Assembly: GCA_040384725.1 (NCBI GenBank)
Contig: JAZKIS010000009.1
Coordinates: 14,075-78,074, forward strand
Source: Patescibacteria group bacterium
GTDB lineage: Bacteria > Patescibacteriota > Minisyncoccia > Phycocordibacterales > Phycocordibacteraceae
Length of the DNA: 64,000 nucleotides
Direction of reading: 5' to 3'
The translations under genes and the position numbers were made by a program. The notes beneath the pieces are model-generated. The model did no database searches. It saw only the letters and a program-made list of their open reading frames with translations, and was not told where the DNA came from. The first letter of the stretch is position 1, and each line of letters opens with the position of its first letter. Shown piece after piece: positions 18,406-28,854 of the stretch.

Positions 18406-21400
18406 TTATATACGTTCGTACCGCTCCTTCACGGCCTTGCCTGGCCAACGATGGTAGAGAACGGGCACGAGAACGAGCGTGAGGATCATGGACCACGCGA
18501 GTCCGAACATGATAGAGAACGCGAGAGGCCCCCACATGCCGGCGGCTAAGGAAAGCGGCACCATACCGACGACGGTCGTAATGGTCGTAAGTACGATCGG
18601 ACGGAAGCGCGACGAGGATGCCTCGACCACGACGTCGGTGAGGCTCTTGTCGCCATGCTCCTTGCCGATACGCGCGATGGAATCCATGAGGATGATCGCA
18701 TGGTTTATGATCACGCCGGCTAGCGCGATAACGCCGAGCATCGAAGGGAAGGAAAGCGGCGAACCGGTGAGCATGAGCCCGAAGAACACGCCTACTAACG
18801 AAAGCGGGATGATTGAAAGCAGGTAGAGCGAGTGGCGGAACGAGTTGAACTCGAGCACGAGGATCGCGAGCATGAGCGCTGCGCCTGCGAGAAGCGCGAT
18901 ACCCATCTCGGCGAACGACTGGTTCACGTCCTCGCTCTCGCCACCGATCTGTAGCGTGACGCCTGGAGGCAGCGTGACGTCTTCCATGCGCTTCTCGAAG
19001 TCAGAGGCTATCTGGATTGGGTTGCCGCCCTTGGCCGCATCCGCCGTGAGGGTCGCTATACGCGTGCCGTCTTCATGGTGGATAGAGGCGTTTGCGGGCT
19101 CGTACGTAATGGTCGCGATCGTCGAGAGCGGCACCGGTCCGTTCCGGCCCTGTACCGAGAGGCCTCGCACGGCGTCAATGGTGGCATTCGCGGTCTCCGA
19201 GGGGTCGCGATAGCTCGGATTAAGGTCGAGCTTCGTACGCACTTCAATATCGGTGGCGCCCTCGCGGATATCGGTCGCTTTCACGCCGAAGAGTGCGCTG
19301 CGGAGCGTATCGGCAACCGCGAGCGGCGATACGCCGAGCTCGGCAGCGCGTGCTGAGTCGAGACGAACGACGAACTCAGCGCCATCGTCCTTCATGGAGG
19401 TTTCGATGTTCGTGGTGCCAGAGACTTCTGAGAGTACGCGTGCGCCCTGATCGACGGCAGTGCCAAGATCTGCAAGATCATCCCCGACGAAGGTGGCGGA
19501 GATAGCGGCTCCGGTCGGCGGGCCTCCTGCAGGCTCCGAAACGGTAATGCGCGCTGATGCGATGTCGGCGAGTTCCTTGCGAAGGCTCGTGACTATCTCA
19601 GCGCTCGATTCCTCACGGCCTTCCGCGAGATTCACGGTTATGTTGCCGATGTTGCTGCCAGAGGCGCCGGTGCCGCTGAATGCGCTACCAACCCCTACGT
19701 CAGAGACGAACGACTCGATACGGTCGTCGCCATAGAGCATCTCCTCGACCTCGCGCACGGCAAGGTCGGTATCGGTGAGCGCCGAGCCGAGCGGCTTCTC
19801 GATCTCTACATAGATGAAATCCATATCCTCGGCAGGGAAGAACACTACCTTCACGAGTCCGGTGATAGGAAGGAGGAGCGAGAGCACGAAGAGGCCGATC
19901 ATGGTCCACAGGAAGCGATTCTCCTTCTTCCGGTCTCCGAGGATCCGGCGAAGGTACCCCTCGTACCATGCTTTCGCGCGCTCGTTGTACTCTTCCTGGA
20001 TCTTCTCGATGCGCGACGGCTCTTTGCGGATGATGAATATCGCTAAGAGGGGAACGAGGCCGAGGGCGACGAAGATCGACGCGAGGAGCACGAAGATAAC
20101 CGTGAACGGGATCGATGCGATGAACTTGCCGACGATGCCTGAGAGGAAGAAGAGCGGGATGAATACCGCGACGGTAGTGAGCGTTCCGGCGATGAGCGGC
20201 CACGCGTATTCCTTGATCGCGAGGATAGCGGCCTCGCGCTTTCCAGCTGTCTTTGCGAGACGGGTATGGATCGCCTCGACCACCACGATGCCTGAGTCGA
20301 CGAGGATACCGATCGCGAGGATGAGAGAGAAGAGCGATATGAAATTGATGGTGTTCCCGGACGCAGCGAGGCCGATGAAGGCGATCAGGAACGAGAGAGG
20401 GATCGACGCGGCAGCGATAAGGGATTCGCGCCATCCGAGGGTGAGGAGCAGAAGAATCATAACGAGCACGATCGTCTCGAGGCCGACGCGCGAGAGCTCG
20501 ACGAGGTCATGCTCGATGTCCTCCGCAGCGTCGTACGTGATGACGGTCTTAGTGCCTGAGAGCGATCCTGCCTCGAGTTCCTTGAGCGTCTCTTTCACGT
20601 CGCTTCCGGTCTCGAGAATGTTGCCGCCGCGGCTTTTGAATATTGAAAGGGTAAGCGCGGGGGTGGATGGCTCGCTTTCGACAGAAACGCGCGAGAACGT
20701 CGACGCGTCTGCTAACCCGTCCACGACGTCCGCGACGTCACCGATACGTATCGAGCTGCCGCCAGGGCCTGCAAGGGCGATGGCCCGTACCTGATCGGTC
20801 TCCGTGAGGCCTGCCTCAAGGCGAACCGCGTAGCGGATGCCGTCTACCGTGATGCTGCCGGCAGGAGACGCGACGCCCGACGCGCGGAGCGCGTTCGTAA
20901 CGTCGCTCATGGAAAGCCCGTACTGACGGAGCTTCGCCTGCTCGACGATTACCTGCACCTGACGCTCACGGACACCAGAAAGGGACACGGAGGAAACGCC
21001 GCGAACGCGCTCGAGCTCATCCTTCACCTCTTCGCCGAGTGCCGTGAGTTCTGCGGGAGCTAGCTCGCCCGCGATTGAGAGGATAAGGATCGGCTGATCC
21101 GCGAAGTTGATATCGCTCACGATCGGATCGTTCGCTTCCTCAGGAAGCTCAGGACGGACGGTATCTACCTCGTCCTTAAGAAGCTGTATCGACTTGTCGA
21201 GGTCGGCATTCGCCGTGAACTCGACGGTGACGGACGAGACGCCGTCCCCTGAGCTCGAGGTAACCTTCGAGACGTTCTCGATGCCAATAACGCGGTCCTC
21301 GATCTTGTCCGTGATGAGCGACTCGACGTCTTCAGCGGAAGCGCCCGGAAGCACGGTAGTAACGATACCCATCGGGATCTGGACCTCAGGAGCCGATTCC

Positions 21401-21504
21401 TTCGGGATAACCATAACGGCGTAGAAGCCGCCAAGAATAAGCACGATCGAAAGAAGGATCGTGAAATGATGCTTGTCGATGAAGAACGTCCAGAATTTCG
21501 CCAT
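18406..21504 (-). CDS. RND family efflux permease (AcrB-like)
   Basis: 1032 aa; PGASAEDVE, GILVDSGIVVVE, SRFRPIVLT. Confidence 0.95.
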   Translation of the reverse strand: MAKFWTFFIDKHHFTILLSIVLILGGFYAVMVIPKESAPEVQIPMGIVTTVLPGASAEDVESLITDKIEDRVIGIENVSKVTSSSGDGVSSVTVEFTANADLDKSIQLLKDEVDTVRPELPEEANDPIVSDINFADQPILILSIAGELAPAELTALGEEVKDELERVRGVSSVSLSGVRERQVQVIVEQAKLRQYGLSMSDVTNALRASGVASPAGSITVDGIRYAVRLEAGLTETDQVRAIALAGPGGSSIRIGDVADVVDGLADASTFSRVSVESEPSTPALTLSIFKSRGGNILETGSDVKETLKELEAGSLSGTKTVITYDAAEDIEHDLVELSRVGLETIVLVMILLLLTLGWRESLIAAASIPLSFLIAFIGLAASGNTINFISLFSLILAIGILVDSGIVVVEAIHTRLAKTAGKREAAILAIKEYAWPLIAGTLTTVAVFIPLFFLSGIVGKFIASIPFTVIFVLLASIFVALGLVPLLAIFIIRKEPSRIEKIQEEYNERAKAWYEGYLRRILGDRKKENRFLWTMIGLFVLSLLLPITGLVKVVFFPAEDMDFIYVEIEKPLGSALTDTDLAVREVEEMLYGDDRIESFVSDVGVGSAFSGTGASGSNIGNITVNLAEGREESSAEIVTSLRKELADIASARITVSEPAGGPPTGAAISATFVGDDLADLGTAVDQGARVLSEVSGTTNIETSMKDDGAEFVVRLDSARAAELGVSPLAVADTLRSALFGVKATDIREGATDIEVRTKLDLNPSYRDPSETANATIDAVRGLSVQGRNGPVPLSTIATITYEPANASIHHEDGTRIATLTADAAKGGNPIQIASDFEKRMEDVTLPPGVTLQIGGESEDVNQSFAEMGIALLAGAALMLAILVLEFNSFRHSLYLLSIIPLSLVGVFFGLMLTGSPLSFPSMLGVIALAGVIINHAIILMDSIARIGKEHGDKSLTDVVVEASSSRFRPIVLTTITTVVGMVPLSLAAGMWGPLAFSIMFGLAWSMILTLVLVPVLYHRWPGKAVKERYERI

Positions 21505-21510
21505 ACTGGG

Positions 21511-23064
21511 TTATCGAGCGTCAGCGGCAGATGCCACTTGTACCTGCTCGCCTTCGGAAAGCCCGCGGGCATCCGCCACGATGCGAAGTTCTTTCGGAAG
21601 CATGGTCTTTATCTCGATGCGATCGCCACGGACCTCGCCGACCTCGACGGCGTTCGCCACGAGACGATTATCCTCGCCGACCGAGAAGACGATACGATCT
21701 CCGGCGCGGAGCTTCACGCTCGCGAGCGGGAGAAGGATCGGACCCTCAACCACAACCGTCTCCTCGCGGGGTGCGAGGTCTGGAAGCGCGATATGCACGG
21801 ACTGGCCGTTCACGAGTTCGCTCGTGCCGGTAACCGCCACGTGCACCTCAATCTGCTTTGTCGTGGGATCGAGTGCGGGCGCGACGGAAGTGATGATGCC
21901 TTCATATTTCGTATCAACGATCACGCGGCCACCTGCGACGAGAAGGTCGCGGTTATCTTCAGAGACGTATGCCACGATCTCGAGCGCGCCGTTCTGCGCG
22001 ACGGTGGCTACGTGCTGGAGACCGGTCACGTAATCGCCAACGCGGATCGGCAGGAAGTTAACCTGGCCGCCGATCGGTGCGCGAACGAAGGTCTTCTCGA
22101 GTGCCGCCTGTGCTCCGCGGAGGCTTCCGAGCGCCTGCTTGATCGACGCGTCGGCGCCTGCGGTCACGGATACGGTGCTCGTGCGCAGCGTTGCGCGCGC
22201 GGAAGCGATTGAGGAAAGGATTCCGTTGACATCGGTACGTGCCGAAGCGAGCGCCGCGGTCTGTGCTGCCGTTACGCGCGAGTCACGCATGTTGGCTGCG
22301 TTCGCGAGCTGGTTCACGAAGGTCTGCACCTGCCGTGTCACGGATTCCGCTTCGTCTAGAAGCGCCTGCGGGCTTCGAGAGTTCGCCATCGCGAGATTCG
22401 CCTCGAAACCTGCCATGAGCGTATTGATACGCGTCCGTTCTCGAGACAATCGGTTCGCCTCCTCGTATCCAGGATAAATAAGAAGCTTAGGGCCGGTTGC
22501 CGTCGGTTCGCCGAAGAACGTGTCGACGTCGTTCTCGAGCGTGGTGTCGAGCGTGGTGAAGGCGGTGCGGTACGCGTCACGCGCCGATTCCTGGGTGTCC
22601 GGAAGAGACTGCGCGCTGCGCGCTGCAACCGCGGCGTCATACGCGCCTTCCGCCTGCAGGACAACCGCGCGTTCCGCAGCATTCTCGAGCTCGGCGAGTA
22701 TGAACCCTGCCGGTACGTTCGCGCCAAGACGGGTGCGTACGCTCCGCACGGTCCCGCCGTTCTGCGCGAGGATGTTCGCTTCGGTAACGGAGCGAACGGT
22801 ACCGATGAGGTCAACGCTGCCGCCGGTACCGGAGAGCTCCCCGACGGATGCAAGTGTGACGATGCGGCCGCTTGCCGCTTCCTCCTCATCTGCGCCACCG
22901 TTCAGAAGCATGAAGCCTCCTATAAGGAGCGCGAGAAGCACGAGTGCACCGACAATCTGCTGCCAGCGGGGAAGAGCACGGTACCGCTTCCAGATAGCGC
23001 GACTGCGCGTTGGAAGAGAGCTTATAAAGGGACGCACGCGGGAGAGTAACGAAGTGAAAGACAT
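21511..23064 (-). CDS. RND membrane fusion/adaptor protein with long coiled coil
   Basis: N-terminal TM, lipoyl-like halves (VRAPIGG), GLSEGEQV terminus. Confidence 0.88.
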   Translation of the reverse strand: MSFTSLLSRVRPFISSLPTRSRAIWKRYRALPRWQQIVGALVLLALLIGGFMLLNGGADEEEAASGRIVTLASVGELSGTGGSVDLIGTVRSVTEANILAQNGGTVRSVRTRLGANVPAGFILAELENAAERAVVLQAEGAYDAAVAARSAQSLPDTQESARDAYRTAFTTLDTTLENDVDTFFGEPTATGPKLLIYPGYEEANRLSRERTRINTLMAGFEANLAMANSRSPQALLDEAESVTRQVQTFVNQLANAANMRDSRVTAAQTAALASARTDVNGILSSIASARATLRTSTVSVTAGADASIKQALGSLRGAQAALEKTFVRAPIGGQVNFLPIRVGDYVTGLQHVATVAQNGALEIVAYVSEDNRDLLVAGGRVIVDTKYEGIITSVAPALDPTTKQIEVHVAVTGTSELVNGQSVHIALPDLAPREETVVVEGPILLPLASVKLRAGDRIVFSVGEDNRLVANAVEVGEVRGDRIEIKTMLPKELRIVADARGLSEGEQVQVASAADAR

Positions 23065-23172
23065 ACGATTATATTATAACATAGATGAAGCCCTGTCAAT
23101 TAAGGATGTGGCGTAGTTATTAATCAGAATCACGTCTCGGAGGTGCGCAGGGAGAAATGGTATCCTAGTCCT

Positions 23173-23997
23173 ATGAAGATCCACGACCACGTCTCATCCC
23201 ATCACTCGTTCATGTATCTCTGGATCGTCGGTGCGGTCTTTGTTCTCGGCGGTCTCGTCTATTCCTATATGGGTTCGCATCCAGCGGGCATCATCGATGG
23301 CTCGCATGAGGGAGATGTGCGCACGACGGTCGCGCAATTTGGCAACCAGCTGAATTCTGTGTCGCTCCTGTCTCCGACAGCCGCAGAGGAGATCAGAAGC
23401 TCATATGGCCCGTACGTCGCTCCGGACCTTCTTGCGATGTGGATACAGGACCCCTCTACCGCGCCAGGCCGTGCAACCTCAAGTCCGTGGCCAGACCATA
23501 TAGAGGTAGATACCGTGGTGAAGAATGAGAGCGACTCCTATGACGTTATGGGACGCATCATCCTTAAGACGAGTACCGAGGACGCAGGGATCGTTCCAGT
23601 ATCGCTTACGGTTTCAAACGTAGACGGCAGCTACCTCATCACGCGCTACGAAGAGAATCCGCGCGCTGAAGAAGAAGTGGCGACGTCAACGACGGTGACG
23701 GCGGCACTCAACGAGTCCGTATCTGCGTTCGGCGTCACGATAACCCCGTTCTCGATCGAAGAGGATAGCCGCTGCCCAATGGACGTGACATGCATCCAGG
23801 CCGGACAGGTTCGCCTTATGGTTATGACCGTCGACGGTATAGGTACGAGCACTATGCCGATTACGCTCGGAGCAGAGAAGCCGATCACAACCGAGGTCGC
23901 GTCCGTATGGCTCACGGACGTCCTTCCTATAAAGGTGTCGACAACGTCTACTGAAGACGCAGAGTATCGATTTACTTTCCGGGTCGATCGCCGCTAG
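23173..23997 (+). CDS. Membrane-anchored hypothetical protein
   Basis: N-terminal TM; SSPWPD and EDSRCP.DV.CIQAG motifs. Confidence 0.8.
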   Translation: MKIHDHVSSHHSFMYLWIVGAVFVLGGLVYSYMGSHPAGIIDGSHEGDVRTTVAQFGNQLNSVSLLSPTAAEEIRSSYGPYVAPDLLAMWIQDPSTAPGRATSSPWPDHIEVDTVVKNESDSYDVMGRIILKTSTEDAGIVPVSLTVSNVDGSYLITRYEENPRAEEEVATSTTVTAALNESVSAFGVTITPFSIEEDSRCPMDVTCIQAGQVRLMVMTVDGIGTSTMPITLGAEKPITTEVASVWLTDVLPIKVSTTSTEDAEYRFTFRVDRR

Positions 23998-24761
23998 TGA
24001 TGAAGGTCGTCTCACTCAATACGTGGGGAGGTAAGGCAGGTACTGAAGGTATTCTTACGTTCCTCAAGAAGTATGGAGATGTGGATGTCTTCTGCCTCCA
24101 GGAGATCTTTAATGGGGGAGAAGAATTCCGCGGCATGCCGGCGGCGCGATTCGCGCTCGATACATTCGATCCCCGACTACTCGAGCGCATTGCCGAGGCG
24201 CTTCCCAATCATATCTACCACTTCAAACCGCATTTTGAAGAAGTTTTTGGACTCGCTCTATTCGTGCGGAAGGATCATGCAATTGAAACTGAGGGTGAAG
24301 TGAGTATCTATCGACACAAAGGATATTACTCTGCAGATAACATCGGTGATCAGCATAGAATCATGCAGTATGCCTCACTTGCTGACCCAGCTTGTACCGT
24401 TATGAATGTGCACGGTCTCTGGAATGGTCAGGGAAAACGAGATTCCGATCATCGACTTGCACAGTCAGACAATATACTCGCGTATACGAATGCACTTACG
24501 CAACCTTACGTATTGCTCGGAGATTTTAACTTGCGTCCTGAGACAGAAAGTATACGCAAGCTCGAAGCTGCGGGCATGAGAAATCTCGTTACTGAATACG
24601 GTATCGTATCGACACGGACCAGCCTGTACGATTCGCTAGCGGAAGAGCCCCATGCCGATTACGCGTTTGTGAGCGAAGGCATAGACGTCAAGGATTTTAA
24701 AGTGCTCCCTGACGAGATATCGGATCACGCGGCGCTCTATCTTGAATTTGATCTCCCATGA
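23997..24761 (+). CDS. EEP family protein
   Basis: SLNTWGG, CLQE, GDFN, SDH. Confidence 0.9.
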   Translation: MMKVVSLNTWGGKAGTEGILTFLKKYGDVDVFCLQEIFNGGEEFRGMPAARFALDTFDPRLLERIAEALPNHIYHFKPHFEEVFGLALFVRKDHAIETEGEVSIYRHKGYYSADNIGDQHRIMQYASLADPACTVMNVHGLWNGQGKRDSDHRLAQSDNILAYTNALTQPYVLLGDFNLRPETESIRKLEAAGMRNLVTEYGIVSTRTSLYDSLAEEPHADYAFVSEGIDVKDFKVLPDEISDHAALYLEFDLP

Positions 24762-26425
24762 CTCAATCCGAAGCACTTTCAATATTACGCACAGGAGCGA
24801 ACGTCTTCCTTACCGGAGAGCCCGGAAGCGGGAAGACGCATACCGTTAACGCGTATATCGCGTGGCTGCGCTCGCATGGCATCGAGCCATCCATAACCGC
24901 ATCGACCGGCATCGCTGCGACGCACGTCGGCGGTATGACGCTGCATGCGTGGAGCGGCATCGGCATTGCGGACCGCATGACGCCGGAACTCCTTGATACG
25001 ATCGCGAACAAGGAACATGTGGCGAAGCGTCTACAGAAAGCGAAAGTACTCATCATCGACGAGGTATCGATGCTTTCGGCGAACGTGCTCTCTATGGTGG
25101 ATGAGGTGGTGCGCGAAGTGCGGCATGAGCCTGATCTCGCATTCGGCGGGCTGCAGGTGGTGCTTGTCGGTGACTTCTTCCAGCTGCCGCCCGTATCGCG
25201 TTCAAAAGTAGAGTTCGCATTCGAGTCGCCAGTCTGGGGAAAACTTAATCCTCTCGTCTGCTATCTAACCGAGCAGCATCGCCAGGATGACGGGCAGTTC
25301 CTTTCCGTTCTCGGTGCCATTCGCGCGGGTGACTGGGATCATACGCACGTGTCGCTCATAACCGCACGTGAAGCCGAGTACGACAGTATCGAAGAAGGTG
25401 TGCCGCAGCTGTTTACACATAACGCAGACGTCGATCGCATAAACAGCGAGCAGCTCGGGAAGCTTCCAGGAAGCTCAAAGACCTTCGCCATGTCAGCTTC
25501 TGGCTCGGCAGCGCTCGCCGAGGCCTTGAAGCGCGGCTGCCTTTCACCGGAGACTCTGTTGCTTAAAGAAGGGGCGGTCGTTATGGCAACCAAGAACAAT
25601 CCTGTTGCAGGCTATGCGAACGGCACGCTCGGTATTGTTATCGGCTTCGAACGCGGAACGAACAATCCGATCGTCGAGACGCGCGACGGCAGGGAACTAA
25701 CCATCGCCCCTGCAGAGTGGGCGGTTGAAGAGGCTGGAAAGGTTAAGGCGAAATTAACGCAGATACCGCTCAAGCTCGCCTGGGCCATCACGATCCATAA
25801 GAGCCAGGGACAGAGCCTCGATGCGGCCGCAATGGACCTTTCGCGATCCTTTGAATACGGACAGGGATACGTTGCGCTCTCGCGCGTACGAAGCCTTGCG
25901 GGCGTGCATCTTCTCGGCTGGAGCGAGAACGCGCTTATGGTGCACCCGCAGGTAGCGGCGCTCGATAAGGAACTCCGAGCGTCTTCTGAGGCTGCGGCGC
26001 GCGCCTTCGAGGCGCTCGACCAGACGAATGAGCGCGAAGTGCTCGAACAGAATTTCATAAAGGCCTGCGGCGGTTCCCTGGAAGCGGCAGCGCCCGGCGA
26101 GCGCCCGGAGAAGCGCACGACCTTTGACGAGACGTTCGTTCTCCTTGAAGAAGGGAAATCGCTTGCGGATATCGCGAAGGCGCGGAAGCTTACGCTCGGC
26201 ACTATCGCGGACCATGTAACGAAGCTCGTGTCCGGAGGACGCATAACAAGAGAGCTCGTCGAGGCTCGTATCCCTCAGCGACTCAAAGGAGCGCTCCCGT
26301 CTATCTACAAGGCGTTCGACGCAAACGGTACCGAGAAGCTTACGCCGGTCCACGCGTTCCTTAAGGCACGCTATTCCTTCGACGAGCTGAAGCTCGCGCG
26401 TATTCTTTACACAGACGACGCGTAG
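24758..26425 (+). CDS. PIF1/RecD-like SF1B helicase with C-terminal HTH
   Basis: GEPGSGKT, IDEVSM, GDFFQLPPV, TIHKSQG, YVALSR. Confidence 0.92.
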   Translation: MTQSEALSILRTGANVFLTGEPGSGKTHTVNAYIAWLRSHGIEPSITASTGIAATHVGGMTLHAWSGIGIADRMTPELLDTIANKEHVAKRLQKAKVLIIDEVSMLSANVLSMVDEVVREVRHEPDLAFGGLQVVLVGDFFQLPPVSRSKVEFAFESPVWGKLNPLVCYLTEQHRQDDGQFLSVLGAIRAGDWDHTHVSLITAREAEYDSIEEGVPQLFTHNADVDRINSEQLGKLPGSSKTFAMSASGSAALAEALKRGCLSPETLLLKEGAVVMATKNNPVAGYANGTLGIVIGFERGTNNPIVETRDGRELTIAPAEWAVEEAGKVKAKLTQIPLKLAWAITIHKSQGQSLDAAAMDLSRSFEYGQGYVALSRVRSLAGVHLLGWSENALMVHPQVAALDKELRASSEAAARAFEALDQTNEREVLEQNFIKACGGSLEAAAPGERPEKRTTFDETFVLLEEGKSLADIAKARKLTLGTIADHVTKLVSGGRITRELVEARIPQRLKGALPSIYKAFDANGTEKLTPVHAFLKARYSFDELKLARILYTDDA

Positions 26426-26449
26426 AGGGGTAAGGTACAATAATCCTCC

Positions 26450-27466
26450 ATGCAGTCATCGTTCCTTGAGACCTTACGTGCGCGTCGTCCCTCGAGACGT
26501 CACCTCATCGCAATCGGTATCTCAGGACTCGTTTTTCTCTTTTGTTTTGTACTGCTCTATGCGCGGTATTTCGGGCCGGTGACTCCGGCAACGGTACCCG
26601 CGACTGAGTTCATCGTTGCGCCTGACAGCGAGTTCGAAACGATTGCTCAGGAACTCAAGGCAGGTGGCTATATAAAGAGTATGACGGCCTTCCGTGTCGC
26701 GTACGGGACGCGAGGCGGCGTGCGTGAGATCCGCGAAGGCGGATATATGATTTCTCCGTCCATGGACGCATGGACGGTTGGTGAGCTCCTGAGTAGGCCG
26801 CCGTATCTCGCGTGGATCACGTTCCCCCCAGGCTGGCGCAAGGAACAGATCGCAGAACATCTAGCCAAAAAGCTTAATTGGAGCGACGAGCAGAAGACGC
26901 AATTCATTACGGTAGATACCGCACCGACCTTCGAACAGATCGAAGGCGTGTACTTCGGCGACACGTACCTCATCCCGTCGGACCAGGCACCTGCGCAGGT
27001 TGCCGCACGCCTGCGCGATCGCTTCGAGGAAGCGTTCGCGCCGTACGCCGAGCAGACCGTCGAGAAGAACGTAACGTGGACCGAGACCCTTATCATGGCG
27101 TCCCTGATCGAACGCGAAGCGGCGAAGAACGACAAGCACCTCGTCGCGGGAATCCTCTGGAACCGCATCAATGACGGCATGCGCCTGCAGGTGGATGCGA
27201 CGCTTCAGTACATTCGCGGGCAAGAGGGGAACTGGTGGCCGCAGCCCCGTCCCGAGGATAAGGACCTTGAGTCGCCCTTTAATACGTACAGGAATACCGG
27301 TCTCCCGCCGCATCCGATTGCGAATCCTTCTCTCGATTCGATTGAGGCGGCGCTTAATCCTGAAGACACGAATTGTCTCTACTATCTGCATGACGGAGAC
27401 GGACAGATACATTGTTCGGCAAGTTACGCGGGACACCGGGCGAATGTCGATCGGTATCTGCGGTAA
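26450..27466 (+). CDS. mltG: Endolytic transglycosylase MltG
   Basis: EG.YF.DTY, ASLIERE, LQVDAT, SPFNTY..GLPP.PI.NP. Confidence 0.9.
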   Translation: MQSSFLETLRARRPSRRHLIAIGISGLVFLFCFVLLYARYFGPVTPATVPATEFIVAPDSEFETIAQELKAGGYIKSMTAFRVAYGTRGGVREIREGGYMISPSMDAWTVGELLSRPPYLAWITFPPGWRKEQIAEHLAKKLNWSDEQKTQFITVDTAPTFEQIEGVYFGDTYLIPSDQAPAQVAARLRDRFEEAFAPYAEQTVEKNVTWTETLIMASLIEREAAKNDKHLVAGILWNRINDGMRLQVDATLQYIRGQEGNWWPQPRPEDKDLESPFNTYRNTGLPPHPIANPSLDSIEAALNPEDTNCLYYLHDGDGQIHCSASYAGHRANVDRYLR

Positions 27467-27532
27467 CGTCCTTTACACGTGCCAGGGTGAGGTATATGGT
27501 CTCCAAGGATACTGTTCGAAAGGGAGGAAATT

Positions 27533-27964
27533 GTGGACCCTATCCATGCCTTATGCGAAGCCGCGGTCGCATCGATCGCCGGTGACGTGAACGAAGGTCT
27601 GATCGGCACCAGGAACGTCGGGCTCCATGTGGTGATCATGCTCGCTGACGAGAACAGAATCGTCTACGAGCAGGGCTTCGGTTCGCATGTCTCGCGCACC
27701 GGCCGTGATTACCGGAGCATCGCCCATGAGAAAGCCGAACTGGCTTTCGAATACCGTCGGTCCTTCAATGAGCTCATGGCCGATGACACGATCCCTGGCC
27801 TGAGCCGTGATCTGCACAACGGCTTCTTCTTCGAAAGCGGCCTCATCGTCGCGATCGCTGGAGCCGGTCACCTCGGCAATGTCGCCTATGGTCGCCGTGT
27901 GCTCAGGATACTTCTCGAAAGCCCGTTGATGCTGCGTGTGCCTGAACAGGCCACTGCTGCATGA
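27533..27964 (+). CDS. Hypothetical protein, possibly GlcG/HbpS-like fold (SD-led orphan cassette)
   Basis: GGGAGG SD, GTG start, TTTACA-17-TATGGT; IAHEKA.LA and GLIVAIAG patterns. Confidence 0.65.
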   Translation: MDPIHALCEAAVASIAGDVNEGLIGTRNVGLHVVIMLADENRIVYEQGFGSHVSRTGRDYRSIAHEKAELAFEYRRSFNELMADDTIPGLSRDLHNGFFFESGLIVAIAGAGHLGNVAYGRRVLRILLESPLMLRVPEQATAA

Positions 27965-27969
27965 ACGAC

Positions 27970-28052
27970 CAGGTCCGTCAGCAACACATGTTGCTGACGG
28001 ACCTGTCTGCTAGACACAGAGAAAGGGGCTTGCCTGGTGGCAAGCCCCTTCG
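27970..28052. terminator. Two tandem terminator hairpins between convergent orphan genes
   Basis: CAGGTCCGTCAGCAACA/TGTTGCTGACGGACCTG and AAGGGGCTTGCC/GGCAAGCCCCTT. Confidence 0.8.
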
Positions 28053-28053
28053 C

Positions 28054-28734
28054 TTATGCTGCGACGCATAGATTATTGCGCGCGAGCCAGGCAGGAAGTT
28101 CAGCAAAGGACGATATGTGATTCGCGGCGGGGATATCAGGTTGGTCTTCTGATAGTGGTCCCGTGCGGACGATCACCGTACGCATGCCGAAGTTCTGGCC
28201 GGCACGGAAATCATCATAGGTATCACCGATGAGCAGGCATTCGTCAGGATCGATTCCTTTCTCAGCCAAGAGGCGCATCGTGCAGTCGAAGACGCGACGG
28301 TCCGGTTTCCGGTGCTCAACCGTATCTTCTGCCGCGATATGGCAGAAATGGTGATCAAGCTTCTCGCCCTTCAAGAGGCCATCGAGCGACTCGCTGTCGC
28401 GCGACGTAATGATAGTGAATATGATCCCGAGGGATGCAAGGAACTCGAGAGTCGCGTGCACTCCCTCGATGGCGGTAGGCGCCGCCTCGCGGTCGAGCCG
28501 CGAAAAGATACCCATCATCGAGCTGATCACGGATTCGGAAGCGTCTGGGAAGCACTGATGCAAGATGCTCTTCAGTGGCGACCCCCAGATGCTGACCGCC
28601 AGCCTCTCCATATCGTCCGTGTACGCGTAGCCATGCTGTTCGGCAGAGATGCTCAGTTTTTGGAGCCCGTAACGGAATGAGTCGATGATCGTACCGTCCA
28701 CATCACAGAGGACGGCCTTTATGTGCCTGGACAT
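28054..28734 (-). CDS. HAD family hydrolase (phosphoglycolate phosphatase-like), SD-led
   Basis: DVDGT, KPD and IGDT..D motifs; AAAGGGG before ATG. Confidence 0.9.
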   Translation of the reverse strand: MSRHIKAVLCDVDGTIIDSFRYGLQKLSISAEQHGYAYTDDMERLAVSIWGSPLKSILHQCFPDASESVISSMMGIFSRLDREAAPTAIEGVHATLEFLASLGIIFTIITSRDSESLDGLLKGEKLDHHFCHIAAEDTVEHRKPDRRVFDCTMRLLAEKGIDPDECLLIGDTYDDFRAGQNFGMRTVIVRTGPLSEDQPDIPAANHISSFAELPAWLARNNLCVAA

Positions 28735-28854
28735 GCTGAAACCCCTTTTGTCTGATCCGTTGCCTTTATAGCATGCCCGCATCATTGACGCATACCTTAT
28801 ATAAAGGTACTTTAAGACTATCTAAGCCCTGGGGGCATTTTTATTTTATCGACT

